Shown: piece after piece, positions 1 through 7,040 of the stretch
How positions within the stretch are numbered: the stretch's first letter is position 1
Layout: the number at the start of each line of letters is the position of its first letter
Assembly: GCA_964590105.1 (NCBI GenBank)
Contig: CAZPYM010000004.1
Location: 1-40,008 of the forward strand
Length of the DNA: 40,008 nt
Origin: an uncultured Gammaproteobacteria bacterium
GTDB taxonomy: Bacteria; Patescibacteriota; Patescibacteriia; UBA11705; JABHMO01
Direction of reading: 5' to 3'
The notes under the pieces: model-generated
The model's input: the letters and a program-made list of their open reading frames with translations, nothing else
What the model was told of the DNA's origin: nothing
Database searches by the model: none
Program-made: the position numbers and the translations under genes

Positions 1-195
1 ACCCATATTTGCCTCCGCTACGCTACGGCAAACATCAGATATGCCGAAACGTTATACCGCTCTCACCAACTCTAATTTTACGTCAGATCGGCCATCCACA
101 CCCGGCCAATGGCAAGCCCTTGCCAATTTCTATTGTTTGTACTACAATTCTGTTGATGGGCCAAAAGGCCTTTTTAGAATACAAAGAAAAACATT

Positions 196-387
196 ATGAA
201 CCTAAAAGAAAATCGATTGGTGAAATACCTGATCGAATCAAAAAGAGAATTAAAAAAAGTCACCTGGCCGACGAAAAAAGAAACAACCAAGCACACGCTA
301 ATTGTAATCGGGCTAAGTTTGTTTGTGGCCGCCTTCCTTGGTATTCTTGATTTTATTTTTTCCAAGCTACTGGCAATCTTTATATAA
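196..387 (+). CDS. secE: preprotein translocase subunit SecE (63 aa)
   Basis: ATG ORF with one C-terminal TM helix preceded by ELKKVTWPTKKET, a typical SecE segment. It lies directly upstream of nusG, the conserved arrangement. Confidence 0.85.
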   Translation: MNLKENRLVKYLIESKRELKKVTWPTKKETTKHTLIVIGLSLFVAAFLGILDFIFSKLLAIFI

Positions 388-394
388 AAGGGAT

Positions 395-430
395 AGAAGT
401 GTAAGAAGTGTAAGAAGTGATAAAAGTGTT
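395..430 (+). repeat. four tandem 9-mers AGAAGTGTA / AGAAGTGTA / AGAAGTGAT / AAAAGTGTT in the secE-nusG spacer
   Basis: Read directly from the sequence. Followed at 434-469 by a 9-nt periodic pyrimidine-rich tract (CCTCTATCA CCACTATCG CTTCTACCA TCTCTAATT) that ends at the nusG ATG. Confidence 0.8.
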
Positions 431-471
431 TTACCTCTATCACCACTATCGCTTCTACCATCTCTAATTCT

Positions 472-1014
472 ATGGCAAAACAAATACAACGCGGGAGACG
501 CTGGTATGTGATCCACACATATTCCGGCTATGAGGAAAATGTGGCTGAAAATCTAAAACAAAGAATTGAATCAATGGACATGGAAGAAAAGATTTTCAAC
601 ATTCTCATTCCCACGGAGAAAAAAATCAAAATCAAAAACGGCAAAAGAAAAATCATTACAGAAAAGATTTTCCCGGGTTATGTTTTCGTTGAAATGATTG
701 TTACCGATGATTCCTGGTACGTAGTGCGCAATACGCCAAACGTCACGGGCTTCATTGGCACGGGCACCATACCCACGCCGATTTCAGAAAAAGAAATGAA
801 AGAACTGCAAAAACGCATGGGCGTTGAAGAACCCAAATACACGATCGACGTATCAATTGACGCTCCGGTTAAAATTATTGACGGGCCCTTCAAAAATTTC
901 GAAGGCAAAATATCCGCAGTGGACGAAGATCGCGGCAAAGTCAAAGTGCTGGTCACCATGTTTGGCCGAGAAACTCCGGTTGAGCTTGATTATTTGCAAG
1001 TCAAAAAAATTTAG
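472..1014 (+). CDS. nusG: transcription termination/antitermination factor NusG (180 aa)
   Basis: N-terminal RWYVIHTYSGYE, FPGYVFVEM and a C-terminal KOW-like GKVKVLVTMFGRETPVEL. secE-nusG-rplK synteny. Confidence 0.95.
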   Translation: MAKQIQRGRRWYVIHTYSGYEENVAENLKQRIESMDMEEKIFNILIPTEKKIKIKNGKRKIITEKIFPGYVFVEMIVTDDSWYVVRNTPNVTGFIGTGTIPTPISEKEMKELQKRMGVEEPKYTIDVSIDAPVKIIDGPFKNFEGKISAVDEDRGKVKVLVTMFGRETPVELDYLQVKKI

Positions 1015-1159
1015 CAAAAACTGTTTTTCTTGTTCCCCTTGTTTTTCATGTTATATATAATCAAGTTGCTAAGATTTCGGTTCAATAAAACATTCCCGCT
1101 TCACGCTTCAGGCGTCCGCGCGAATCTTTTTCAAACCAATACCTTGGCTCTTAAATTTT

Positions 1160-1582
1160 ATGGCAAAGAAGGTAAAAACGCAGATTAAACTGCAAATTCA
1201 AGCAGGCAAAGCAACACCCGCTCCTCCGGTCGGCCCGGCCCTCGGACAGCACGGCGTGGCTATTCAGGATTTCTGCAATCAATTCAACGACAAAACCAAA
1301 GATCGCAGCGGCGACATTGTTCCGGTTATTATCACTGTTTACGAAGATCGAACTTTTGACTTTATAATGAAAACCCCGCCAGCTTCCGAATTAATCAAAA
1401 AAGCTGCCGGCATTGCAAAAGGTTCCGGCAAACCGCTGGTTGAAAAAGTCGGTAAGATCAGCAAAGCTCAATTGCGCCAAATCGCTGAAACTAAATTGAC
1501 AGACTTAAATACTACTAATATTGAAGCCGCCATGAAAATTATCGCCGGCACTGCCAGACAAATGGGCGTGACAGTAGAATAA
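1160..1582 (+). CDS. rplK: 50S ribosomal protein L11 (140 aa)
   Basis: [24 protein letters not shown] is the canonical L11 N-terminal motif. Confidence 0.97.
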   Translation: MAKKVKTQIKLQIQAGKATPAPPVGPALGQHGVAIQDFCNQFNDKTKDRSGDIVPVIITVYEDRTFDFIMKTPPASELIKKAAGIAKGSGKPLVEKVGKISKAQLRQIAETKLTDLNTTNIEAAMKIIAGTARQMGVTVE

Positions 1583-1587
1583 ACAGC

Positions 1588-1616
1588 TTGACAAAAAATA
1601 CTGAATACAATAGCAT
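1588..1616 (+). promoter_or_regulatory. candidate sigma70-type promoter for rplA (TTGACA, 17 nt, TAGCAT)
   Basis: TTGACA at 1588-1593, a 17-nt spacer, then TAGCAT at 1611-1616, immediately after the rplK stop. Confidence 0.35.
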
Positions 1617-1627
1617 ATAAAAATGTT

Positions 1628-1728
1628 GTGGGAGTCCCCAATCGGACGGGACGCCATTACCACGGCCAGAACGCTTGAATAAATTTTTTGTTCAAGCGCC
1701 AAAGGTCGCGGCAACGCGATTCTTTTTG
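1628..1728 (+). promoter_or_regulatory. structured rplA leader: GTGG..CCAC-closed element, 8-bp hairpin, and short GCAA-tetraloop hairpin followed by a T-run
   Basis: GTGGGAGTCCCCAATCGGACGGGACGCCATTACCAC (1628-1663). CGCTTGAA/TTCAAGCG stem (1672-1698). TCGCG-GCAA-CGCGA followed by TTCTTTTTG (1706-1728). Confidence 0.3.
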
Positions 1729-1805
1729 TTACTTAAGTCCTGTTTTCCATAATTTGCGCCAAAGGCGCATCCGCCTATGGCGGACATAATTCATAATTCA
1801 AACTT

Positions 1806-2489
1806 ATGTCAGTAAAAAAACGCGTTAAAACTCTTTACCAGTCTTTTGACAGAAACAAACTTTTCCCGATCGAAGAAGCAGTGGAAATCGTAAAAAAATC
1901 AGCCACTGCTAAATTCGACGAAACTGTCGAAGTTCATCTGCGGCTCGGCATTGACCCGAAAAAAGGCGAACAGCAAGTGCGCAGCACAGTTGTACTGCCT
2001 TATTCTTTCGGTGAATCAAAAAAAGTAGCGGCTTTTGTCACGGAAGACAAAGCCAAAGAAGCAAAAGAAGCCGGCGCTGATATTGTTTACACTGAAGGCG
2101 ATATTGAACAGCTAAAAAAATCCGGCAAAATTGACTTTGATATTGCCGTGGCTATTCCTGAAATCATGAAAAGCTTGTCTCCGCTAGCCAGAATTCTCGG
2201 TCCGAAAGGTCTGATGCCTTCACCAAAAAATGAAACCATCGCCACCAACCTGAAAAAAACAATCGGCGAATTAAAAAAAGGCAAAGTGGCCTTTAAGAAT
2301 GACGATTCCGGCAATATTCATCAGGCCATTGGCAAAGTCAGCACCGACGCCAAGTCGCTCGTGGAAAACATCAGTACCTTTTTGGAAGCTGTAAAAAAAT
2401 CCAAACCAGAAACTTCAAAAGGCGTATTTATCAGAGCGCTCACGATTTGTTCAAGTATGGGACAGGGAGTCAAAGTTGAGACCAAGTAA
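1806..2489 (+). CDS. rplA: 50S ribosomal protein L1 (227 aa)
   Basis: FDETVEVHLRLGIDPKK, LGPKGLMPSPK and IHQAIGKVS are typical L1 blocks. Confidence 0.97.
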   Translation: MSVKKRVKTLYQSFDRNKLFPIEEAVEIVKKSATAKFDETVEVHLRLGIDPKKGEQQVRSTVVLPYSFGESKKVAAFVTEDKAKEAKEAGADIVYTEGDIEQLKKSGKIDFDIAVAIPEIMKSLSPLARILGPKGLMPSPKNETIATNLKKTIGELKKGKVAFKNDDSGNIHQAIGKVSTDAKSLVENISTFLEAVKKSKPETSKGVFIRALTICSSMGQGVKVETK

Positions 2490-2645
2490 AATTTTCAATT
2501 TACAATTTTCGAATTTACAATAAATTTTCAATGAAAAAATTTTCAATTCAGCTCGCGATGCGTTGAAAATTGTCAACTTAACGTCGCCAAAGGTGACCCG
2601 CCTCTGGCGGGAAAATTGCAAAATTGATAATTGTAATTATTGTAT

Positions 2646-2684
2646 TAAAAAGGCCGTCGCAGTGTTTCACTGCGGCGGCCTTTG
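2646..2684. terminator. bidirectional intrinsic terminator between rplA (+) and the RHH cassette (-)
   Basis: 13-bp stem GGCCGTCGCAGTG-TTT-CACTGCGGCGGCC (2652-2680, one G.U pair). AAAAA on the left and TTTG on the right. On the minus strand it is followed by TTTTTAAT. Confidence 0.6.
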
Positions 2685-2688
2685 CTTG

Positions 2689-2907
2689 TCAACGCCTATC
2701 GCGACCAACACATTCTTCTATCTGTTCTTCATCCGTAAGCGGCAGAGTCCCCTCCGGTTGATTATGTTTTACTTCTTCCCCGCGCGCCCACAGGGCCAAA
2801 CGAAGTTCAATGGTCTTTTTTAATGTCCAGCCAGCAGTTTTTGCTTCCGCAGTCAGTATCCTGGCTGTGTCTGCGCTGAGTTCGATTGTTACACGCGTCT
2901 TACTCAT
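2689..2907 (-). CDS. ribbon-helix-helix (CopG/Arc-like) small DNA-binding protein (72 aa)
   Basis: I moved the start to the ATG at 2907, which is preceded by AAAGGAGGCGATTC. N-terminal MSKTRVTIELSADTARILTAEAK has the beta-strand-plus-helix pattern of RHH proteins. Confidence 0.6.
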   Translation of the reverse strand: MSKTRVTIELSADTARILTAEAKTAGWTLKKTIELRLALWARGEEVKHNQPEGTLPLTDEEQIEECVGRDRR

Positions 2908-2924
2908 GAATCGCCTCCTTTGAA

Positions 2925-3239
2925 TCAATCGGCCGGCGCAAAGCCGCCGAGATTGTCATCAACCATTAATTCAAAACAATCCAGACACAAGGCACGGTCA
3001 TTCCCCATCTTGGAATGGATAAAGCGCATAACCTCACGCACAAAGCCGCTGTCCAGCCGCAAATTCACTGCGCCGCGCCGAATCCTAGCCGCTTCAAACG
3101 TCCGATGCAGAATTGAAGAATCTTCTTCCCCGCATTCAGAACACAGGGTTCCGCCCTTTTCTAAGACGTTCAAATAGACTTCCAATCCATTGAATTTTCT
3201 ACCTTCTTCCGTCTGATTAACGATTCTCAGTTTGATCAT
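2925..3239 (-). CDS. hypothetical protein with two CxxC pairs (Zn-ribbon-like), 104 aa
   Basis: ATG preceded by GGGAGGTGATCAG. CSEC and CLDC pairs. Its stop lies 17 nt upstream of the RHH gene start. Confidence 0.5.
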   Translation of the reverse strand: MIKLRIVNQTEEGRKFNGLEVYLNVLEKGGTLCSECGEEDSSILHRTFEAARIRRGAVNLRLDSGFVREVMRFIHSKMGNDRALCLDCFELMVDDNLGGFAPAD

Positions 3240-3340
3240 CTGATCACCTCCCTTTTTGTTGTCAAAATTCCCGATTGATTTACTCTAACACACTCGGAGC
3301 CTCTCGTCAAGCTTATCAACTTCCCGATTAATCTTATATT

Positions 3341-3349
3341 TGGTAAAAT
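3341..3349 (+). promoter_or_regulatory. candidate extended -10 promoter (TGgTAAAAT) for the nucleotide block
   Basis: TGGTAAAAT at 3341-3349, about 75 nt upstream of the ThyA-like ATG. No good -35. Confidence 0.3.
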
Positions 3350-3423
3350 AAACAGGAACGTGGCACCTGCGCCTTTAACACCTTTATCTTCTTTATCCCC
3401 TTATCGCTTCTTTGTCTATCCAC

Positions 3424-4254
3424 ATGACCCAATTTGACTCACAATTCAAAGCCGCTGTTCTGCGCATTATGAATGAAGGCTTTGATGAATACAATGAACG
3501 CACCGGCCACACCTGCAAGGTACTGCCCGGCATTACTTTTGAATTGGACAAGGGCTTTCCTCTTTTAACCTTGCGCAAAATTCCGATTAAACTTTTTGTT
3601 GCCGAACAAATATGGTACATTATGGGAAGCAAAACTCCTGGTGACTTTGTTAATAAATTCACCAAAATCTGGGAAGACTTCACAGAAGAAGACGGCACAG
3701 TGCCGGCGGCTTACGGACACCGCTGGCGGCATGCTTTTGGCCGAGACCAACTTGGTCTCCTGGTTAAACATTTAACGGAAAATCCCGGCTCAAGACACGG
3801 CGTTGTCGTAACCTGGGATCCGCGCGAAGATGGCCTAGGCAATCCCGAAGGCAAAAAAAATGTTCCCTGCCCCTATACCTGGACCGCCAATATTATTGGC
3901 AATAAACTGCACATTCATTCTGTAATCCGCTCCAATGACATGATGCTCGGCTGTCCTCACGACGTAGCTGGATTTGCCCTCCTGCTGGCAATCCTAGCCG
4001 GCAAGCTCGGCGTTAAGCCTGGCAAATTAACTCATACCATTTCCAACGCTCATATTTACGACACGCATTTTCAGCAGGCCTGGGAACTTATTGAGAGAGA
4101 AAACAATCATTCGCCGATTTACTTTGAAGCGCAAGCTGATTATTTTGACCGCGCCGAGACTGGCGACGAAACGCTGGTTGAGGACATTACCAATCTCTTG
4201 CAAAAACAATATAACCCGCTGGAACCGATTAAGGGGATTAAAATAGTGCTTTAA
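3424..4254 (+). CDS. thymidylate synthase (ThyA) family enzyme with Asp at the Asn177-equivalent position (276 aa from ATG 3424; the ORF opens at TTG 3412)
   Basis: Collinear with E. coli ThyA by eye: NERTG, GFPLLTLRK, AYGHRWR, catalytic Cys in VPCPY (3868-3870), and RSNDMMLGCPHDVAGF with Asp at 3961-3963. Confidence 0.85.
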   Translation: MTQFDSQFKAAVLRIMNEGFDEYNERTGHTCKVLPGITFELDKGFPLLTLRKIPIKLFVAEQIWYIMGSKTPGDFVNKFTKIWEDFTEEDGTVPAAYGHRWRHAFGRDQLGLLVKHLTENPGSRHGVVVTWDPREDGLGNPEGKKNVPCPYTWTANIIGNKLHIHSVIRSNDMMLGCPHDVAGFALLLAILAGKLGVKPGKLTHTISNAHIYDTHFQQAWELIERENNHSPIYFEAQADYFDRAETGDETLVEDITNLLQKQYNPLEPIKGIKIVL

Positions 4255-4258
4255 AATT

Positions 4259-4780
4259 ATGAAAGTAATTTTGATGATGGTCATCACCGCCGACGGTTTT
4301 ATCGCCAAGAGCGCCAATCAGCCGTCAATTGAATGGACGTCAAAAGCGGACAAAGGAATTTTTGTTGAACGGACTAAAGCGGCCGGTGTTATTATCATGG
4401 GACTATCCACCTACAAAACCATTGGCAAGCCCTTGCCCGATCGGCTGAACATGATCATGACCTTCAAGCCAGAGAAAGAAATAAGCATCCCCGGTCAATT
4501 AGAATACACAAACAAACCGCCGGACGAACTGCTCGCAGAACTTGAAACTCGCGGATTCAAAGAAGTGATTCTCGGCGGCGGCTCTATGGTCAATTCACTA
4601 TTTTTAAAAACTGGGCTGGTTAATGAATTACAGATCACGATTGAACCGATTTTATTTGGTGGCGGACTCACATTATTCAAGGATTTAGATTTAGATATTA
4701 AACTTGAACTTATAGAAATGAAAAAATTAAATGATAATGTAATTAATCTAAGATACAAAATAATTTCCACCCCACTTTAG
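4259..4780 (+). CDS. RibD C-terminal-domain type dihydrofolate reductase family protein (173 aa)
   Basis: MMVITADGFIAK..., IMGLSTYKTIGKPLPDR and VILGGGSMVNSLF are typical of the RibD_C/DHFR-like family. Positioned 4 nt after the ThyA-like stop. Confidence 0.7.
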   Translation: MKVILMMVITADGFIAKSANQPSIEWTSKADKGIFVERTKAAGVIIMGLSTYKTIGKPLPDRLNMIMTFKPEKEISIPGQLEYTNKPPDELLAELETRGFKEVILGGGSMVNSLFLKTGLVNELQITIEPILFGGGLTLFKDLDLDIKLELIEMKKLNDNVINLRYKIISTPL

Positions 4781-4837
4781 TGGCTCTCCCGCCCCGGCAG
4801 TCGAACTGACTAAAGTCAGGCAGAAATTTATCTCATT

Positions 4838-5518
4838 ATGTCTATCCTCACCAAGAAACAAATTCTGGAACGGCTTAAAAATCAGCAAATTTCATTTTCG
4901 CCCGAATTGGATGAATATCAGCTGTCGCCAAACTCAATCGACCTGCGCGTCGGCTGGAGTTTTTATGTGCCTCACTCCTGGAAAATGAGCGACAAAGGAC
5001 GCGTGGCTGTAAATGCTGATTATTTAAATTATCAAAACACAGAAGAATACCTAAAGTTAATTAAATTAAGCCCTGGTCAATACTTTGAAATTTTACCAAA
5101 AGAATTTATATTAATTTCTACGCTAGAAAAAATCACCTTAAATTGTGGCGACGTTGCCGGCATGTTATTGCCAAGAAGCTCTGCTCTTCGCCGCGGACTG
5201 CAAATTGAAACCGGCATGATCGACTGCCGCTACAATGGCCAGCTAACAATTCCCGTGGTAAACAATTCATATCACATAATAAAGATTTATCCGGGCGAGC
5301 GAATCTGCCAGATGCAACTTTATAAACTTGACGGTGAATTAAACGAAGAAGACGCAAAAAAACACGGTAAGCAGGAGGCCAAATATGTTGGCTCAACTCC
5401 CTATAGTTTAGAAGCTCGACACGACGCCGATGAAGAGATCGACTTATTAAAAGCCGGCAAAATTAATGAATTAAAAGATCAGTTTAGAATACAAACCGAA
5501 GAACAAAAAAATGCTTAG
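4838..5518 (+). CDS. dCTP deaminase/dUTPase-superfamily (Dcd-like) protein with a C-terminal extension (226 aa)
   Basis: Dcd-like N-terminus (ILTKKQILERL, SIDLRVG), PRSSALRRG and GMIDCRYNGQ. The Glu138-equivalent position appears to be Pro (5252-5254). Confidence 0.75.
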   Translation: MSILTKKQILERLKNQQISFSPELDEYQLSPNSIDLRVGWSFYVPHSWKMSDKGRVAVNADYLNYQNTEEYLKLIKLSPGQYFEILPKEFILISTLEKITLNCGDVAGMLLPRSSALRRGLQIETGMIDCRYNGQLTIPVVNNSYHIIKIYPGERICQMQLYKLDGELNEEDAKKHGKQEAKYVGSTPYSLEARHDADEEIDLLKAGKINELKDQFRIQTEEQKNA

Positions 5519-5984
5519 CAGCTATGCCTCTTCCAAACCATATCCCTTCATCCATCCTAATGGAAAAATTTTTTATGTTTCTGAGAAAAACAAGTTCATT
5601 CAAGCGGCTCAGTGTATTGCCGAACGTTCCGGCTGTATCAAACAAGCAACAGGGGCTGTAATTGTTATAAACGACGAAATAGTGGCTTCGGGCAGTAACG
5701 CAGGAATTCGAGTCAAGGTCTGCCCCAGGGTAGAGGAAAAATGTCCGACCGGAACCGGCTACCACCATTGCCGAGAAACCTGCAAACAAGAAGGCCATGC
5801 TGAACAAATGGCTATCAAAGATTTACTGAACAAAAATATTGTTCACTCTGAACCGGCGCTGTATCTCTGGGGGCATTGGTGGTGTTGCGAGCCATGCTGG
5901 GATGCTATGATGACAGCAGGGATTAGAACTGTTTACTTGGTCGAAAAAGCAACAGAACTTTTTGACCTTGACGCTTCAAAATAA
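5511..5984 (+). CDS. dCMP deaminase (cytidine/deoxycytidylate deaminase zinc-binding family), 157 aa
   Basis: HAE zinc/catalytic motif (EGHAEQMAI) and a downstream CCEPC (PCxxC-type) motif. Overlaps the Dcd-like gene by 8 nt. Confidence 0.8.
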   Translation: MLSSYASSKPYPFIHPNGKIFYVSEKNKFIQAAQCIAERSGCIKQATGAVIVINDEIVASGSNAGIRVKVCPRVEEKCPTGTGYHHCRETCKQEGHAEQMAIKDLLNKNIVHSEPALYLWGHWWCCEPCWDAMMTAGIRTVYLVEKATELFDLDASK

Positions 5985-6037
5985 AAAGCCAGTAATAAGT
6001 TAAATAGTGAATCTTGGACTCCCTACTCACCAATCTT

Positions 6038-6613
6038 ATGAACAAAATTCTCGCCCTCGTCGGCATGACCGGCTCGGGAAAAAGCCTGGTCGCCGACTAT
6101 CTGGTTCAAAAAGGCTGGGGTTTTGCCCGCTTCGGCCAAATCGTGCTCGACGAAGTAAAGGCTCGCGGGCTGGAACCGACTGAGGCAAATGAACGACCAA
6201 TCCGCGAACAAATGCGCGCCGAACACGGCATGGCGGCCATGGCTATTTTAAACATCCCAAAATTTAACAAAATTCTACAGGAGAAAGGTCTAGTCGCCGA
6301 CGGACTATATTCATGGTCCGAATATAAAGAATTAAAAAAATATTATGGCGATCGATTATCAGTCATTGCCATATACTCACCGCCCAAATTGCGCTACGAA
6401 AGACTGACCGGTCGCACGCTCAAATCGACTGACAAAGAACTTCGCAATCGCCCGGCAACCGAAGAGCAAGCTCAGGCTCGCGATTTTGCGGAAATTGAAA
6501 ATATTGAAAAAGGCGGACCGATCGCCATGGCTGATTTTACGATTCTGAATATCAAAGGAAAAGATTATGTGTACAAACAGCTTGATAAAATCATCCAGAT
6601 ACTATGCTTTTAG
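6038..6613 (+). CDS. P-loop nucleotide kinase (dephospho-CoA-kinase-like / UPF0200-like), 191 aa
   Basis: Start moved to the ATG at 6038. Walker A LALVGMTGSGKS at the N-terminus. Size and layout fit a small NMP-kinase fold. Substrate unknown. Confidence 0.6.
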   Translation: MNKILALVGMTGSGKSLVADYLVQKGWGFARFGQIVLDEVKARGLEPTEANERPIREQMRAEHGMAAMAILNIPKFNKILQEKGLVADGLYSWSEYKELKKYYGDRLSVIAIYSPPKLRYERLTGRTLKSTDKELRNRPATEEQAQARDFAEIENIEKGGPIAMADFTILNIKGKDYVYKQLDKIIQILCF

Positions 6614-7032
6614 ATATAAAATTAATCGACAAAACTCTTCCCCTGCCAGAATACAAAACCAAAGGCGCGGTCGCCTTTGATCTATATTCGAGAACTGACA
6701 TTGAAATTCCGCCACAAAAACTAATTTTAGTTCCCCTGAATGTAATAATCAAAATACCAAAGGGTTATTTTTTATTAATGGCGGCGCGCAGTTCTCTTCC
6801 TGTCAGAAAAGGCATAATGTCAGCTAATTCAATCGGTATTTTTGATGAAGATTTTTACGGCAAAAATGATGAATGGCGATTTGAAGCCTATAATTTTACT
6901 TATGCTCTGATAAAAATAAGCCGAGGAGAACGCATTGCTCAGGCAATGCTGATAAAATTCGAGCGAGCTGAATTCAATCAGATTGAAATAATAAAAGACA
7001 GTTCGCGAGGAGGCATTGGTTCGACAGGATAA
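6604..7032 (+). CDS. dut: trimeric dUTPase (142 aa)
   Basis: dUTPase motifs GAVAFDL, ARSS, GIFDEDFYG, ERIAQ and C-terminal RGGIGSTG. Confidence 0.9.
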   Translation: MLLDIKLIDKTLPLPEYKTKGAVAFDLYSRTDIEIPPQKLILVPLNVIIKIPKGYFLLMAARSSLPVRKGIMSANSIGIFDEDFYGKNDEWRFEAYNFTYALIKISRGERIAQAMLIKFERAEFNQIEIIKDSSRGGIGSTG

Positions 7033-7040
7033 ATCAATAT

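Noticed and set aside
1-195. A tRNA (for example tRNA-Trp) or rpmG upstream of secE, as in many bacteria
   Set aside because: I scanned both strands for D-loop and T-loop signatures and cloverleaf pairing and found none. Only small hairpins are present (TGGCAAG/CTTGCCA at about 106-122, and GGCC-AAAA-GGCC followed by TTTTT at about 161-177).
9-518. ORFs 9-350 (+), 174-518 (-) and 323-511 (+) around secE
   Set aside because: They overlap the well-supported secE frame or the repeat-rich spacer. They have no RBS and their translations are low-complexity.
2563-2823. 86-aa plus-strand ORF spanning the rplA terminator region
   Set aside because: It runs through the twin hairpin and the bidirectional terminator, and it overlaps the RHH gene on the other strand. 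It has no RBS.
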